Numbered from the stretch's first letter, positions 52,021 to 63,300 are shown. The stretch: 64,000 bases of DNA from Salinivirgaceae bacterium (GCA_017527435.1 JAFXQB010000011.1:16502-80501); one strand, 5' to 3'. Notes: a model not told the origin generated them from the sequence alone. Program-made: numbers and translations.

Positions 52021-52180
52021 GTTTTGGTGTTGGGTGTTTGGTGTTAGGTAAAGTTGAGAGTTAAGATGTTTAAAAGGTTGAGAAAGTTGAGAAAGTTTAG
52101 AAGGTTTAGAAAGTTGAGACATTAGGAAAACTAAACAGCGAAGCGCTAAACCTTCTAAACAGCGAAGCGACTAAACATTC
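52021..52180. repeat. Composite heptamer and inverted nonamer arrays with two GCGAAGC units
   Basis: tggtgtt-gggtgtt-tggtgtt; aaggttgag-aaagttgag-aaagtttag-aaggtttag-aaagttgag; then ctaaacagcgaagcgctaaaccttctaaacagcgaagcgactaaac. Confidence 0.8.
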
Positions 52181-52215
52181 AATTCACCAAATTAAACGAT
52201 TAAACAAGATAAAAA

Positions 52216-53103
52216 ATGAACACTCTTTGGTCACAATTCAAGCAGAGCAATATGCTCAACAGGTTGATTTACATCAATTTGGCGGTATTTGTTGTGGTGA
52301 AATTGGTCGATATTGTGATGATGCTGTCGGGCGTTCAGGCGGCCAATCCTGTGGTTGAGTTTCTGGGCGCTTACGCGGGATGGGAAAATCTGATTCGCCA
52401 TCCGTGGGGCGTGGTCACCTATATGTTTCTGCATCAGGGATTTCTGCATATTTTGTTCAATCTGCTATGGCTGTTCTGGTTCGGGCGGATTTTCCTTGAG
52501 TACTTCACGGGCCGCCAACTGCTCAACGTTTACATCTGCGGCGGCATTGCTGGCGCGCTGCTTTACACGCTGGCTTTCAATATTTTTCCCGCTTTCGATG
52601 CCACATATGCGATGGCCATCGGCGCTTCGGCGGCGGTTTACGCAATTGTCTTGGCCACAGCGGTTTACGTACCAAACTACACTGTTTATCTGCTGTTTTT
52701 GGGACAGGTGAAAATCAAGTGGATAGCCGTTTTTAGTCTTATTTCGGATTTGGCGATGCTCGACGGCGCCAACGCTGGCGGCCATATTGCCCACATCGGC
52801 GGCGCGCTGTTCGGAATATTCTACATTGCAAGTCTGCGCAAGGGAACCGACATTGCCGCGTGGGTTGGCCGCGTAATCGACGCTGTATCAGGCATTTTCA
52901 AGCGCAAGCCGAAGATGAAGGTTTCGTACAAACGCACCGATGGCGGTTACCGACGCGCCGAATCGGACTACGACTACAACGCACGTAAACACAACGAACA
53001 GAAAGAGATAGACGCCATTTTGGACAAGATTGCCAAGTCGGGCTACAACGGCCTGACCGAAGACGAGAAACGAACCTTGTTCCGAAACAGTCGTAACAAC
53101 TAG
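52216..53103 (+). CDS. Rhomboid family intramembrane serine protease
   Basis: PW..VTYMFLH, HILFN, GASA (catalytic Ser), AHIGG (His); C-terminal IDAILDKI..SGY tail. Confidence 0.93.
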   Translation: MNTLWSQFKQSNMLNRLIYINLAVFVVVKLVDIVMMLSGVQAANPVVEFLGAYAGWENLIRHPWGVVTYMFLHQGFLHILFNLLWLFWFGRIFLEYFTGRQLLNVYICGGIAGALLYTLAFNIFPAFDATYAMAIGASAAVYAIVLATAVYVPNYTVYLLFLGQVKIKWIAVFSLISDLAMLDGANAGGHIAHIGGALFGIFYIASLRKGTDIAAWVGRVIDAVSGIFKRKPKMKVSYKRTDGGYRRAESDYDYNARKHNEQKEIDAILDKIAKSGYNGLTEDEKRTLFRNSRNN

Positions 53104-53116
53104 ATTGATAATATCG

Positions 53117-53220
53117 CACAGATGACACAGATAACACAGATAACACAGATAACACAGATAACACAGATTTTTATTTTTGAATTACGATTTACCGATTAAA
53201 CAATTGACCGATTCACCGAT
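53117..53220. repeat. Six-copy 9-bp tandem repeat (cacagat-aa) plus octamer array
   Basis: cacagat at 53117, 53126, 53135, 53144, 53153 and 53162; ttaccgat-taaacaat-tgaccgat-tcaccgat at 53189-53220. Confidence 0.88.
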
Positions 53221-53224
53221 AAGT

Positions 53225-55762
53225 ATGCGCAAGATTCTGACACGGATTATTATTTGGACAGCAATTGTGCTGGTGGTTCTTGTGGGCGCTGTTGTTGGCG
53301 GTACCATTCTGCTGAAAGACAGGCTGATAAACTACAGCATACAAGCCATCAACAACGAACTGAACGCGCCCGTGAACGTTGACGGCATCCATTTTTCGCT
53401 CATCAATACTTTTCCGTACGCATCAATAGTGCTTGACAATGTGATTGTTAAGTCGCCTGCCGAAGGTTTCAGCCACAAGGGTTTTGGGCGCACTACAGCC
53501 GACACATTGCTGGCTGTCAGGAAGTTATCGCTGTCGTTCAACATCCGCAAACTCTTGGACAACGAGTTGGAACTGAACTCGGTGAAGGTGACCGACGGGC
53601 GGATTTTTATTCTGATTGACAAGCGCGGTAACGATAACTTTCACATTATCAAAGAGAAAAAAACATCGACAGGCAAATCCGATATGCAAATCAATCTTGA
53701 GCATTTGGGACTGAAAGACTGCAAAATACAAATCTGCAACCTTTACAAAGGCAACGGCGCCGAATGGTATATGCCTGATTTTGAAGCGGAAGGCAAACTC
53801 AACAACGGTCAGTTCGAGATTGGGACAAAGGGCTCGGTGGCGCTGCAATGGATTGTGGCCAACAATATTGAGATTGTGCCGTTGGCGCCCACGCGCATCA
53901 AAATGGACCTTGCAATGAAGAACGACACGCTGCGAATCAATAAGGGCCAACTATCGTCTAAAGGCATCAACATCAGCGTTTTAGGAACTGTTCTGCTCAC
54001 CAACGACACCTATGTGGACCTTGCGCTGCACGGCGATAAGATTGAAGTGGCTAACGCGCTGCGTTACTTTACTTTAGCCACTCAAGAGAAGCCCACCGTG
54101 CGCAGTTCGGGACTGGTTGGGTTCGACGCCACCGTCAAAGGCAAGTTCAGCAATCTCTCGTCGCCGAAGATTGTGGCAAATTTCGGGCTCGACAACGCCG
54201 ACATCAGTTACCCCAAACTCGACCTTAAACTCAACAGTGTCAGCCTGAAAGGCACGTTCAACAACGGCGGCTACGCCAACAGCCCCAAGTCGTTTGTGTC
54301 AATCAGCGGAATCAATGTCACTTCGGGGCAGAGCCGCTTGACGGGTAGCCTGCGCATCGACAATCTGAAACAGCCGCACATCAATGCCAAACTGAACACC
54401 AACGGTCGGCTCGAAGAGTGGAACCACCTGATTTTTAGCAGCCGCCCCGACCGCTTGACGGGCTCGGCCGACGGCTCGCTCACCATCAGCGGCCCCATCA
54501 ACCTGAACAAAGATTTCGACTTGAAAGCCTTTCTGCGGCTCAATCCGCGGTGCCAACTCAAACTGCAGCAGGCAAGTTACACCAATGGCTCGAACATCAC
54601 TCTCACGGGTGTCGACGGTGCGGCCACGCTCAATGGCAGCGCACTGACAATCAGCAACACGGGCGGGCGCTTGAGCAACATCCCCGTAACGTTCAGCGGC
54701 AGCATCAGCAATCTGCTGAAGGCCGTGGCTGAACCATACCCAACGATGGATATTCGCGGTACGCTTTCTACAGATGCGTTTGATTATCAGCAAATTGTGC
54801 CGTTGTTTGCCAAATCGGACGGCGAGCCGTCGAAGATTACCTACAAGGTTGATTTGATGGCTAGCACCAAAGGCTTCAGTTACAAGAAGTTCCGAGCCGA
54901 TAACATTTCAGGACGGCTGCGCTATGCGGGCGAAAACATCGATGTTGACGGTCTGAAATTCAATGCGTTGGACGGCAGCGCCGATGTTCGCGTGGCCTAC
55001 CGCAGCGGCAAGCACCGCGAGTTGGCTTGCAAAGGTTCGGTCACGAGCATCGATATCAATCAGATGTTCAGCACTTTCGACAACTTCGGGCAGACTACCG
55101 TCACCAACGAGAACATTGAAGGGCGGTTGAGTTCGAATTTCACGTTGCTGCTGCCGTTTGCAGGCGATTCGGCCGACGTGCGGAATATGGATTTCGACGG
55201 GCGGCTGAAGATTGCCAACGGCCGTCTGCACGGGCTTGAAGCGCTCAACAGCGTGGCCGATTTCACCCGCATCGACGAGTTCCGCGACCTGCGCTTCTCA
55301 ACGCTCACCAACGATATGACCATCAGCGGCGGCACCGTCACAATTCCAAAGATGGACGTGGCCTGCAACGCCTGTGATGTGGCAGTTGCGGGAACGCAAA
55401 AGTTCACGGGCGATTACGAGTATCACATCACGCTGATTTTGAGCGACTTTATGCGCGGCAAAGCCAAACGTCTGCAGCAGACCACGCCTTACGGCATTGT
55501 TGAAGACGATGGCGGCAACCACACATCGCTCTACCTTGTGGCCACCCGCACGGGCGACAAGACAAAGGTAAAATTCGATAAGGTTGAACTTAAACAGCAG
55601 TTGCGAAATGAGTTACAGCAGCAAAAAAAGGAAGTGAAGCAGATTCTGAAACGCGAGTTCGGTCTGTTCAAGAAGGACACCACCATCAAAACCGAAGAGA
55701 AAAGCACCACCCCGCCGCCCGCATCGGGCTTTGTGATTGAGTGGGATGATGACGACGAGTGA
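53225..55762 (+). CDS. AsmA-like protein
   Basis: N-terminal signal anchor, beta-taco-like repeats, AsmA-type C-terminus. Start set to the ATG at 53225. Confidence 0.82.
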   Translation: MRKILTRIIIWTAIVLVVLVGAVVGGTILLKDRLINYSIQAINNELNAPVNVDGIHFSLINTFPYASIVLDNVIVKSPAEGFSHKGFGRTTADTLLAVRKLSLSFNIRKLLDNELELNSVKVTDGRIFILIDKRGNDNFHIIKEKKTSTGKSDMQINLEHLGLKDCKIQICNLYKGNGAEWYMPDFEAEGKLNNGQFEIGTKGSVALQWIVANNIEIVPLAPTRIKMDLAMKNDTLRINKGQLSSKGINISVLGTVLLTNDTYVDLALHGDKIEVANALRYFTLATQEKPTVRSSGLVGFDATVKGKFSNLSSPKIVANFGLDNADISYPKLDLKLNSVSLKGTFNNGGYANSPKSFVSISGINVTSGQSRLTGSLRIDNLKQPHINAKLNTNGRLEEWNHLIFSSRPDRLTGSADGSLTISGPINLNKDFDLKAFLRLNPRCQLKLQQASYTNGSNITLTGVDGAATLNGSALTISNTGGRLSNIPVTFSGSISNLLKAVAEPYPTMDIRGTLSTDAFDYQQIVPLFAKSDGEPSKITYKVDLMASTKGFSYKKFRADNISGRLRYAGENIDVDGLKFNALDGSADVRVAYRSGKHRELACKGSVTSIDINQMFSTFDNFGQTTVTNENIEGRLSSNFTLLLPFAGDSADVRNMDFDGRLKIANGRLHGLEALNSVADFTRIDEFRDLRFSTLTNDMTISGGTVTIPKMDVACNACDVAVAGTQKFTGDYEYHITLILSDFMRGKAKRLQQTTPYGIVEDDGGNHTSLYLVATRTGDKTKVKFDKVELKQQLRNELQQQKKEVKQILKREFGLFKKDTTIKTEEKSTTPPPASGFVIEWDDDDE

Positions 55763-55797
55763 TACAATATATCGCACCGCCCAACGTTATATCTGCT

Positions 55798-56955
55798 ATG
55801 AACGCTTATAGAAATAAAATATTCTGGAAGACATTCATTCTTGTCTGTGCAACGCTAATCGGCAGTATATCACTCTATTATACTAACGTGTTGGCGCGAA
55901 GTATGGCCGACGAAGAACAGAAGCGAATGCAGATTTGGGCAGAAGCCACACGTCAGATAATTATCAGCAACAATGAAAATGAGATAACTTTCTGTCTCGA
56001 AATCATCCGCAACAACACGACGATACCGGTCATCCTGACCGACGATGATGACAATGTCATCTCAACAATGAATATTCCCGATTTAAAGGCCAATGACACA
56101 ACATATTACCACGAACTGCTAGCCGATATGGCGGCAAAGCACGATCCAATTGTCATCAATCTGCCGATGAACCACAAAAACTACATTTACTATGACGATT
56201 CAACCGTCCTGAAGCAGTTGGCGCATTTCCCGTTCATCCAGATGTCGATAATCGCTATCTTCCTGATGGTGGCCTATTTGGCTTTCAGTTCGTCGCGTAG
56301 AGCAGAGCAGAACAAGGTTTGGATTGGAATGTCGAAAGAGACGGCCCACCAGTTGGGAACGCCCATCTCGTCGCTGATGGCGTGGATTGAGATTCTTAAA
56401 CAGGACGAATCAAACGCATCGTATGTGACTGAAATGCAAAAAGATGTTGACCGTCTGCAGATGATTGCCGACCGCTTCTCAAAAATCGGTTCCCTGCCGA
56501 CACTTCAGCCTTGCAACCTGTCGGAAGCCATCAACACGGCGGTGGGTTATATGCGCACCCGTGTGTCGTCGAACATTACGCTCGACGTGAAGGACAGCAC
56601 TTCGCACTCGGTTATGGTCCGGCTCAACACATCGCTATTTAACTGGGTGATTGAGAATATGATAAAGAACGCCATCGATGCTATGGAAGGCAAGGGCTGC
56701 ATCACCATCAAACTGAACGAGACGCTGAAATTTGCTGAAATTCTTATAACCGACACCGGCAAAGGCCTTGCCAAGAACCAGTTCAAGGCCATTTTCTCGC
56801 CCGGCTACACCACCAAAGAGCGCGGCTGGGGACTCGGTTTGTCGCTTGTGCAGCGCATCGTGAAAAACTACCACCGCGGCAAAATTATGGTGCAGTCGTC
56901 GGAAATCGGTGTTGGTACAACATTTAAAATCTTGTTACCGAAGGTGTCAAACTGA
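55798..56955 (+). CDS. Orphan sensor histidine kinase
   Basis: Two TM helices, ETAHQLGTP (H-box), NMIKNAIDAM, DTGKG, GWGLGL. Confidence 0.92.
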   Translation: MNAYRNKIFWKTFILVCATLIGSISLYYTNVLARSMADEEQKRMQIWAEATRQIIISNNENEITFCLEIIRNNTTIPVILTDDDDNVISTMNIPDLKANDTTYYHELLADMAAKHDPIVINLPMNHKNYIYYDDSTVLKQLAHFPFIQMSIIAIFLMVAYLAFSSSRRAEQNKVWIGMSKETAHQLGTPISSLMAWIEILKQDESNASYVTEMQKDVDRLQMIADRFSKIGSLPTLQPCNLSEAINTAVGYMRTRVSSNITLDVKDSTSHSVMVRLNTSLFNWVIENMIKNAIDAMEGKGCITIKLNETLKFAEILITDTGKGLAKNQFKAIFSPGYTTKERGWGLGLSLVQRIVKNYHRGKIMVQSSEIGVGTTFKILLPKVSN

Positions 56956-56990
56956 TAGTACCAACAGATATTTTGGTCAGTACTATTTGA

Positions 56991-57040
56991 TTTCATAAAA
57001 AAGCCCCACCATATCCGGCAGGGCTTTTTTCTTTATGAAA
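56991..57040. terminator. Bidirectional terminator between convergent genes
   Basis: tttcataaaaaagccc...gggcttttttctttatgaaa. Confidence 0.7.
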
Positions 57041-57047
57041 GGAATTG

Positions 57048-59207
57048 TTATTCTTCCTCTTTGTGTTCGGCCTCGTAGGCTTTGAGCAGTTTCTCCTGAA
57101 CGTCGCTTGGCACTTGTGCGTACTCGGCGAACTTCATTGTGTAGGTTGCGCTGCCCGATGTGAGTGAGCTCAACGCTGTTGAGTATTTGTTCAGCTCGGC
57201 CAGCGGAACGCGTGCCTGCAGCTTCTCGTAGCCCGACTCGCTGCTCATACCCATAATCATTGCGCGGCGTCCCTGCAGGTCGCTCATCACGTCGCCCATA
57301 TACTCCGACGGCACAAGCACCTCAACGTCGTAAATCGGCTCCATAATCTTCGGACCGGCAGCCTTGAATGCTTGGCTGAAAGCGTTGCGTCCGGCCAGTT
57401 TGAACGAGATTTCGTTCGAGTCAACCGGGTGCATTTTGCCGTCGTAGATGCAGACGCGGATGTCGCGTGCGTATGAGCCTGTCAGCGGGCCTTCTTCCAT
57501 CTTCTCCATAATACCCTTTTGGATGGCCGGCATAAACCTTGCCTCAATGGCGCCGCCCACAATGCAGTTGCAGAAGATGAGCTTTCCGCCCCACGGCAGT
57601 GCAATCTCCTCGGTTCCGCGAAGGCTGACCGACCAGTCTTTGCCGTCAATCTTGTAGGTCGATGGTGCGGGCATTCCCTCGGTGTACGGCTCGATAATCA
57701 TATGAACCTCGCCGAACTGTCCGGCGCCACCCGACTGTTTCTTGTGGCGGTAGTCGGCCTGTGCGGGCTTGGTGATGGTCTCGCGGTACGGAATCTTCGG
57801 GTCGATGAACTGCACTTTTATACCGTGTAGGTTCTCGAGTTGCCATTTCAGCGAGTTGATGTGGAACTCACCCTGACCGTAAACAATGGTCTGTTTCAGC
57901 TCTTTAGAGTACTCAACAATAATGCTCGGGTCTTCCTGCGACTTGCGCACCAGCAAATCGCCCAGTTTCTCCTCTTCCGAAGCATCAACCGGCTTGATGG
58001 CCGTGCGGAAACGCGGGTCGGGCATTTGAGTTGCCGGATAGGTCCAGTCAAGGTCCTTATCGTTCAGAGTGTGATATGTCTTGGTCTCTTTCAGTTTCAC
58101 CATTGCGCCAATATCGCCGGCCACCATTTCGGTGAGTTTCTCGCGGTTTTTGCCGGCAGGCGAGAAGAACTGCGACAGGCGCTCTTTGGCGTTCTTGTTG
58201 GTGTTCACAAGGTCCATACCCTCGGTGATTTTTCCTGACATTACCTTGAAATAAAGAACCTCGCCCACGTGCTCCTCAACGGTTGTCTTGAAGACGAAGA
58301 CCGAAGTCTTGCCGTTCGGGTCGCACTTAACCTCGTTGCCTTCCGAGTTGACGGGTGCGGGCATTTCGGTTGGATTCGGCGCCACGTTGCCCACAAACTC
58401 CATCATACGGCGGATACCCATATCTTTCTTGCCTGCAACGCAGAACACGGGGAACATTCCGCGGCTGATGATTCCGGCGCGGATTCCGGCGCGCATTTGG
58501 TCCTCATCGAGCGAGCCTTCGTCGAAGAATTTCTCCATCAGCGTGTCGTCGTTCTCGGCGGCAGCCTCAATCAGTTTGGCGTTCAGGTCTTTAGCCTTCT
58601 CCATTTGGTCGGCAGGAATGTCGAGCACTTCCGGAACACCGCCTTCGGGTTTCCAGCGGTACATCTTCATCTTCAGCACGTCAACCATCTCGTTGTAGCC
58701 CGTGCCCGGGTTGATTGGGTACTGCACAATGGCCACTTTGTTGCCGTAGAGTGCGTGCAGTTCCTCAATAGTCTTGTCGAAATTGGCTTTTTCGTGGTCC
58801 AATTGGTTCACGGCAATCAGCATCGATGTGTTCAGACGGTTGCAGTGACGCGAGATGGTCTGTGTTCCCACCTCAACACCCTTCGACGAGTTGATGACCA
58901 TAATGGCGGCATCAGTCACGGCGAGCGACGATATTACTCCGCCAACAAAGTCGTCCAATCCCGGGGTGTCGATAATGTTCAACTTCTTGTTGTTGAACTC
59001 GACGTGCAGAACTGTTGAATAAACTGAACGCCCCTGCTCGTGCTCGATGGCGTTGTAGTCCGACACTGTGTTTTGACTTTCGATGTCGCCTCGGCGTGAT
59101 ATCACTCCGGCCTCAAACATCATTGCTTCGGCCAGAGTGGTTTTCCCGGATCCGGCCGCACCAATCAAAGAGAGATTCTTAATCTCGTTAGGTTGATACA
59201 CTTTCAT
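57048..59207 (-). CDS. fusA2: Elongation factor G paralog (EF-G2 type)
   Basis: EF-G domain layout (KKQSGGAGQF, HPVDSNEISF, MEPIY) with divergent G motifs (GAAGSGKTT, DTPGLDDF, NQLD). Confidence 0.9.
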   Translation of the reverse strand: MKVYQPNEIKNLSLIGAAGSGKTTLAEAMMFEAGVISRRGDIESQNTVSDYNAIEHEQGRSVYSTVLHVEFNNKKLNIIDTPGLDDFVGGVISSLAVTDAAIMVINSSKGVEVGTQTISRHCNRLNTSMLIAVNQLDHEKANFDKTIEELHALYGNKVAIVQYPINPGTGYNEMVDVLKMKMYRWKPEGGVPEVLDIPADQMEKAKDLNAKLIEAAAENDDTLMEKFFDEGSLDEDQMRAGIRAGIISRGMFPVFCVAGKKDMGIRRMMEFVGNVAPNPTEMPAPVNSEGNEVKCDPNGKTSVFVFKTTVEEHVGEVLYFKVMSGKITEGMDLVNTNKNAKERLSQFFSPAGKNREKLTEMVAGDIGAMVKLKETKTYHTLNDKDLDWTYPATQMPDPRFRTAIKPVDASEEEKLGDLLVRKSQEDPSIIVEYSKELKQTIVYGQGEFHINSLKWQLENLHGIKVQFIDPKIPYRETITKPAQADYRHKKQSGGAGQFGEVHMIIEPYTEGMPAPSTYKIDGKDWSVSLRGTEEIALPWGGKLIFCNCIVGGAIEARFMPAIQKGIMEKMEEGPLTGSYARDIRVCIYDGKMHPVDSNEISFKLAGRNAFSQAFKAAGPKIMEPIYDVEVLVPSEYMGDVMSDLQGRRAMIMGMSSESGYEKLQARVPLAELNKYSTALSSLTSGSATYTMKFAEYAQVPSDVQEKLLKAYEAEHKEEE

Positions 59208-59350
59208 AATAATAGTGGTATATAGTTTAAAAAAAGTACGTGGATTCGTGTATCACGAACAAGGCTAAAGTTATAGCAATTTTTTTTGAATTCCGATAGG
59301 TTTTTCAGAGAAAAATACAGTCGGGCTGCGATTTTTTTGGTGGGGTGCGG

Positions 59351-60304
59351 TCAAGCCGATGCAGTGCCGGCCATCTTCCACCCCAGCACAATATCCTGCA
59401 CCTTGTCGGTGTACTCCTCAACTGTGCGGCATTTTTTGACGGTTTTCAGGGCGCGGTGCGCATCGTCGAACATTGCCGACCAGTATTCCCAGTAGGTTGT
59501 CATTTTTTGCAGGAAATGGCCGGCACCCTGAAGGCGGTCGAGCTGCCTTTCGGCGATGGTGCCTACAAAGTTCATCAGCAGGTTGCGGCGGTTGTAGCCG
59601 TTCAGTGTCTGACCGGCGATTTCGAGCGCCAGAAACGGGTTGCAGAGCAGTCCGCGGCCAATCATAAGGTGCGTCACGGTGGGGTTTTTCTCAATCAGAA
59701 GGTGCGCTTGCTCCGCGGTGCGGATGTCGCCGTTGTAAGCCACCGGGTGCGCCGCTTTCGCGATAATCTCGGGCAAAACGCTGCTGTCGGCCTCACCATT
59801 ATACATTTGTTTTCCGATTCGCGGATGCACGATTATCTCTTTTATTTTGTAACGGTTAAGCACGTCAAGTACGGACCAAATCTCGTCAGGCGAAAGGTAG
59901 CCCGTTCGCATTTTCACCGAAAGTGAGATATCGCTCTGCGCCTCGACTTCGGTGAGTATGCTGTCGATTCTTTCGGGGTAGGGCAGCAGTCCGGCGCCCA
60001 GCTGCCGCTTGGCAACCATTGGGAAGGGGCAGCCCAGATTCCAGTTCAGCTCGGTGTAACCCACAGCCGCCACAGCATTGGCCACTTGAAGAATATCGGC
60101 GGCGCTGTTGGCGAGCACCTGCGGCACAACGTGCAAGCCCCGGTTGTTCTCGGGGGCAATGTCGGCAAGGTATTTTTTGCGGATTTCGCCGTTCTCAATC
60201 CTGATAAAGGGCGCGTAAAACACACCAATGCCGCCAATCCGGTTGATTGCCGACCTGAAAATGGCTTCGGTATAGCCCTGCATCGGTGCCAGTGATATTC
60301 GCAT
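59351..60304 (-). CDS. tRNA-dihydrouridine synthase family protein
   Basis: LAPMQGYT, NLGCP, SVKMRTG, VHPR, YNGDI, MIGRG. Confidence 0.92.
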   Translation of the reverse strand: MRISLAPMQGYTEAIFRSAINRIGGIGVFYAPFIRIENGEIRKKYLADIAPENNRGLHVVPQVLANSAADILQVANAVAAVGYTELNWNLGCPFPMVAKRQLGAGLLPYPERIDSILTEVEAQSDISLSVKMRTGYLSPDEIWSVLDVLNRYKIKEIIVHPRIGKQMYNGEADSSVLPEIIAKAAHPVAYNGDIRTAEQAHLLIEKNPTVTHLMIGRGLLCNPFLALEIAGQTLNGYNRRNLLMNFVGTIAERQLDRLQGAGHFLQKMTTYWEYWSAMFDDAHRALKTVKKCRTVEEYTDKVQDIVLGWKMAGTASA

Positions 60305-60332
60305 ACGGCAAAAATATAATCTTCATTCACAT

Positions 60333-60368
60333 AAAAAAACCGAACCATCCATCGGAAGGTCCGGTTTT
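60333..60368 (-). terminator. Terminator after the ABC transporter gene
   Basis: aaaaaaaccg-aacc...ggt-ccggtttt. Confidence 0.55.
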
Positions 60369-60388
60369 ATTTTGTTGGCAATCAAAAC

Positions 60389-63300
60389 TCAACGCCGTTT
60401 CGAGAATTTCGTAATCGTCCAGCGCAGACCGTCGCACACAAGCAGCACGTAGAGCAGGCCGTTCATAATCCACATCACAATAATGTTGAACCAGAACGTG
60501 TCAATCTGCAGGTTGCCAATCTGCTTGAACGGCGCGTAGAAATGGGCGCGGCCGCAGCGGCTCTCGGGCTCTTTGTAAACGGGGTCCGACACCTGAATGA
60601 AATGGTCGCCCATATCGTGAATCTTCTCAATATCAACGCGGTTCAGCACAAAGTTCGACAGCGCCTCGTTGGTGTAGTTCTTCTTCAGCTCAACAAGTGC
60701 CTTGTTGCCGCCCAGCTCTTCGGCCAGACTGCTGATTTCGCGGTCGAGAACCGAGATTGCCTTGTTCTGCTTCTGCTGATAGAGTTTGGCCGTTTTGTCA
60801 AGGAACGACGTCAGGTTTTCCTGCACATCATCGTTGTATTTTTCAGGCGTGAGCAGGTCGATGTCCTCGAATTGCTGTTTTGGCGTGCGGTCGTTGATTT
60901 TCGATACTTCGGTGTGCAGAAGTCCGATAATCTGATTGCGGGTTTCCTCGTCGGCGTTAGCCAGTTTGGCAATCTTGTTGTTCAGTGCCGGCACCAGGTA
61001 CGAGCCGATGTAAGCCGCCTCGCTCTTCTTCTGCTCAATCAGGAAGAAATTCTTCATATACTCGTTGTCGCGGAACTGCTTCACAGCCATTGCCTCGTAG
61101 GCCCAGCGCGACGGCATAAGGTCGCCAATCACAGGCACCACCTCGTATGAGCTGATGGCCTTGTTCAGTTTGTCGAACTTCACCATTGTTCCGCTGAAAA
61201 GCAGCTGCGGCACAATCAGGAACGGAATCAGAATGTAGATGGTGACAACCGAGTCGAGCGCGGCCGAGATGTTCAGGCCAATCATATTCGACACGCACGA
61301 AGCGGTGAACAGTATCAGCCAGTGAGCCAGCGTCATACCGTGAATTTCCATTATGGTGTTGCCGATGAGCACGAATGAGAGCGTTTGAATGGCCGAAATC
61401 ACAAACAGAACTGCGATTTTGCTGTTCAGGTAGCTTACGTGGCTCAAGTTCAGGAACGACTCGCGCTTGAGCAGCTGACGGTCGCGGATAATCTCTTCGG
61501 CGCTCACGGTCAAGCCGATGAAGATTGAAACCACAACGCCCATAAACAGGTAGATGGGCAGGTTCTCGTTGCCGCTGAAGACAAAGATGTTCGGATTGCT
61601 GCCCTCGCCGGCGATGTACTTCGTAAAGTAGGCCAGAATGAGCGCCAGCACCGGTGCCTCAAGGAAGTTGATGAGCATATATTGGCGGTTGGCCAGTTTC
61701 GACAGAATGTTGCGCTCGCAGAAGATGCGGAACTGCTTGAACATTCCGGGAATGCTGAAGTTGTTCTTCGGCAAATCCTGCTTTTCGGTGTCGAATTTTA
61801 TCTTCGATTTTGAGTGTTCCTCATACATTGCGGCCCATTCCTCGGGCGTTGTCTTGCGCTTGTGGGTGGTGCGGCCGTACTCGTCAACCACCTTCGACTC
61901 AAGAATCTGAAGCACCTGCTCGGGATTGATGTTACCGCAGTGGTAACACTCACTCTCTGTGGCATTTACGTGGTTGCTCATTGTCTTGAAGTAAACCACC
62001 GAGTCAACCGGGTTGCCGTAGTAAACCAGATAGCCGCCCTTGTCCATAATGAGCAGTTTGTCGAACATTTTGAAGATGACCGACGACGGTTGGTGAATGT
62101 TGACAATCACCAACTTACCCTTCAGCGTCTGTTCCTTCAGAAGGTCCATAACCATTTCCGAGTCCATCGACGAAAGTCCCGATGTCGGCTCATCGACGAA
62201 CATTACAAGCGGCTCGCGGATAAGTTCCAGAGCAATGTTCAGACGCTTGCGCTGACCGCCGCTGATGGTCTTGTTCAGCGGGTTGCCCACCACCAGGTCG
62301 GCGGTGGCCTTCAGGTCAAGGTCTTCCAAAACTTTGTTCACGGCCTCGTCAATCTGCTCTTCGGTGTAATCGCTGAAACAGAGTTTGGCGCTATAGTAAA
62401 GGTTCTGATATACAGTAAGTTCCTCAATCAGCAAATCGTCCTGCGGCACAAAACCGATGACGCCGTTCAGCTTCTCTTTTTCGGTGTAGATGTTGTAGCC
62501 GTTGATGAGAATCTCGCCGCTCTGCGGTTGCAGATTGCCGTTGAGCACGTTGAGCAGCGTTGATTTTCCAACGCCCGAGCCACCCATAATGCCGATGAGC
62601 TCGCCGCCTTGCTCGCAGAAGTTGAAGTTGTGCAGGCCGTTCTTGCTGCCCTTGAATCGGAATTCAACGCCTTTGGCAGTGAACACCACCTTCTCGGCGT
62701 TCATAGCATTGATGAACTTCGAAACAATGTCGCTGTAGTAGATTGAGCCGATGCGCGGGCTGCGGATGGCCGAGCCTTTCGGCAGCACATAGGTGCGGTT
62801 GAGCATAATGCTGTGGCCGTTCAGGTAGAGTTCGGTCTCGCCCACGTAGCGGAAAGCGTACGCATTGATTGACGGCAGGAACAGAATCATCACATGGCCT
62901 TCCAAATCCTTGAAACGCAGGTGTTTGACCTCGGCGTTCGGCGATTCGTTGTTTTTGTCGAGAATCAGTATGTTTTCCTTGTACGGAATTTCATCGAGTT
63001 TTGGATTGAGAGTGAAGGCATAGCAGTTAAAGTATTCATCTTCAGGAATATTGAAGATGTCCGAGACGGTTTTCACAAAATCGATTTCCTGTTCGGTGAT
63101 TTCTTCGCCAAAGCTGATGAACTCGAGCAACTGCAGCAGCACCAGCAGTTTTTGGTCCTGTTTCAGCTCGCCGTTGATCTGCTCGCAGATGCGCAGCACC
63201 TTAACCGAGTTGAGCGATGTGCGCTTGCGTTCCTGCGTGCCGTCTTTTTTGACGCCGCCGCCGCGTTCCTCAACGTATTTGTCGAACAGTTGCAGATACT

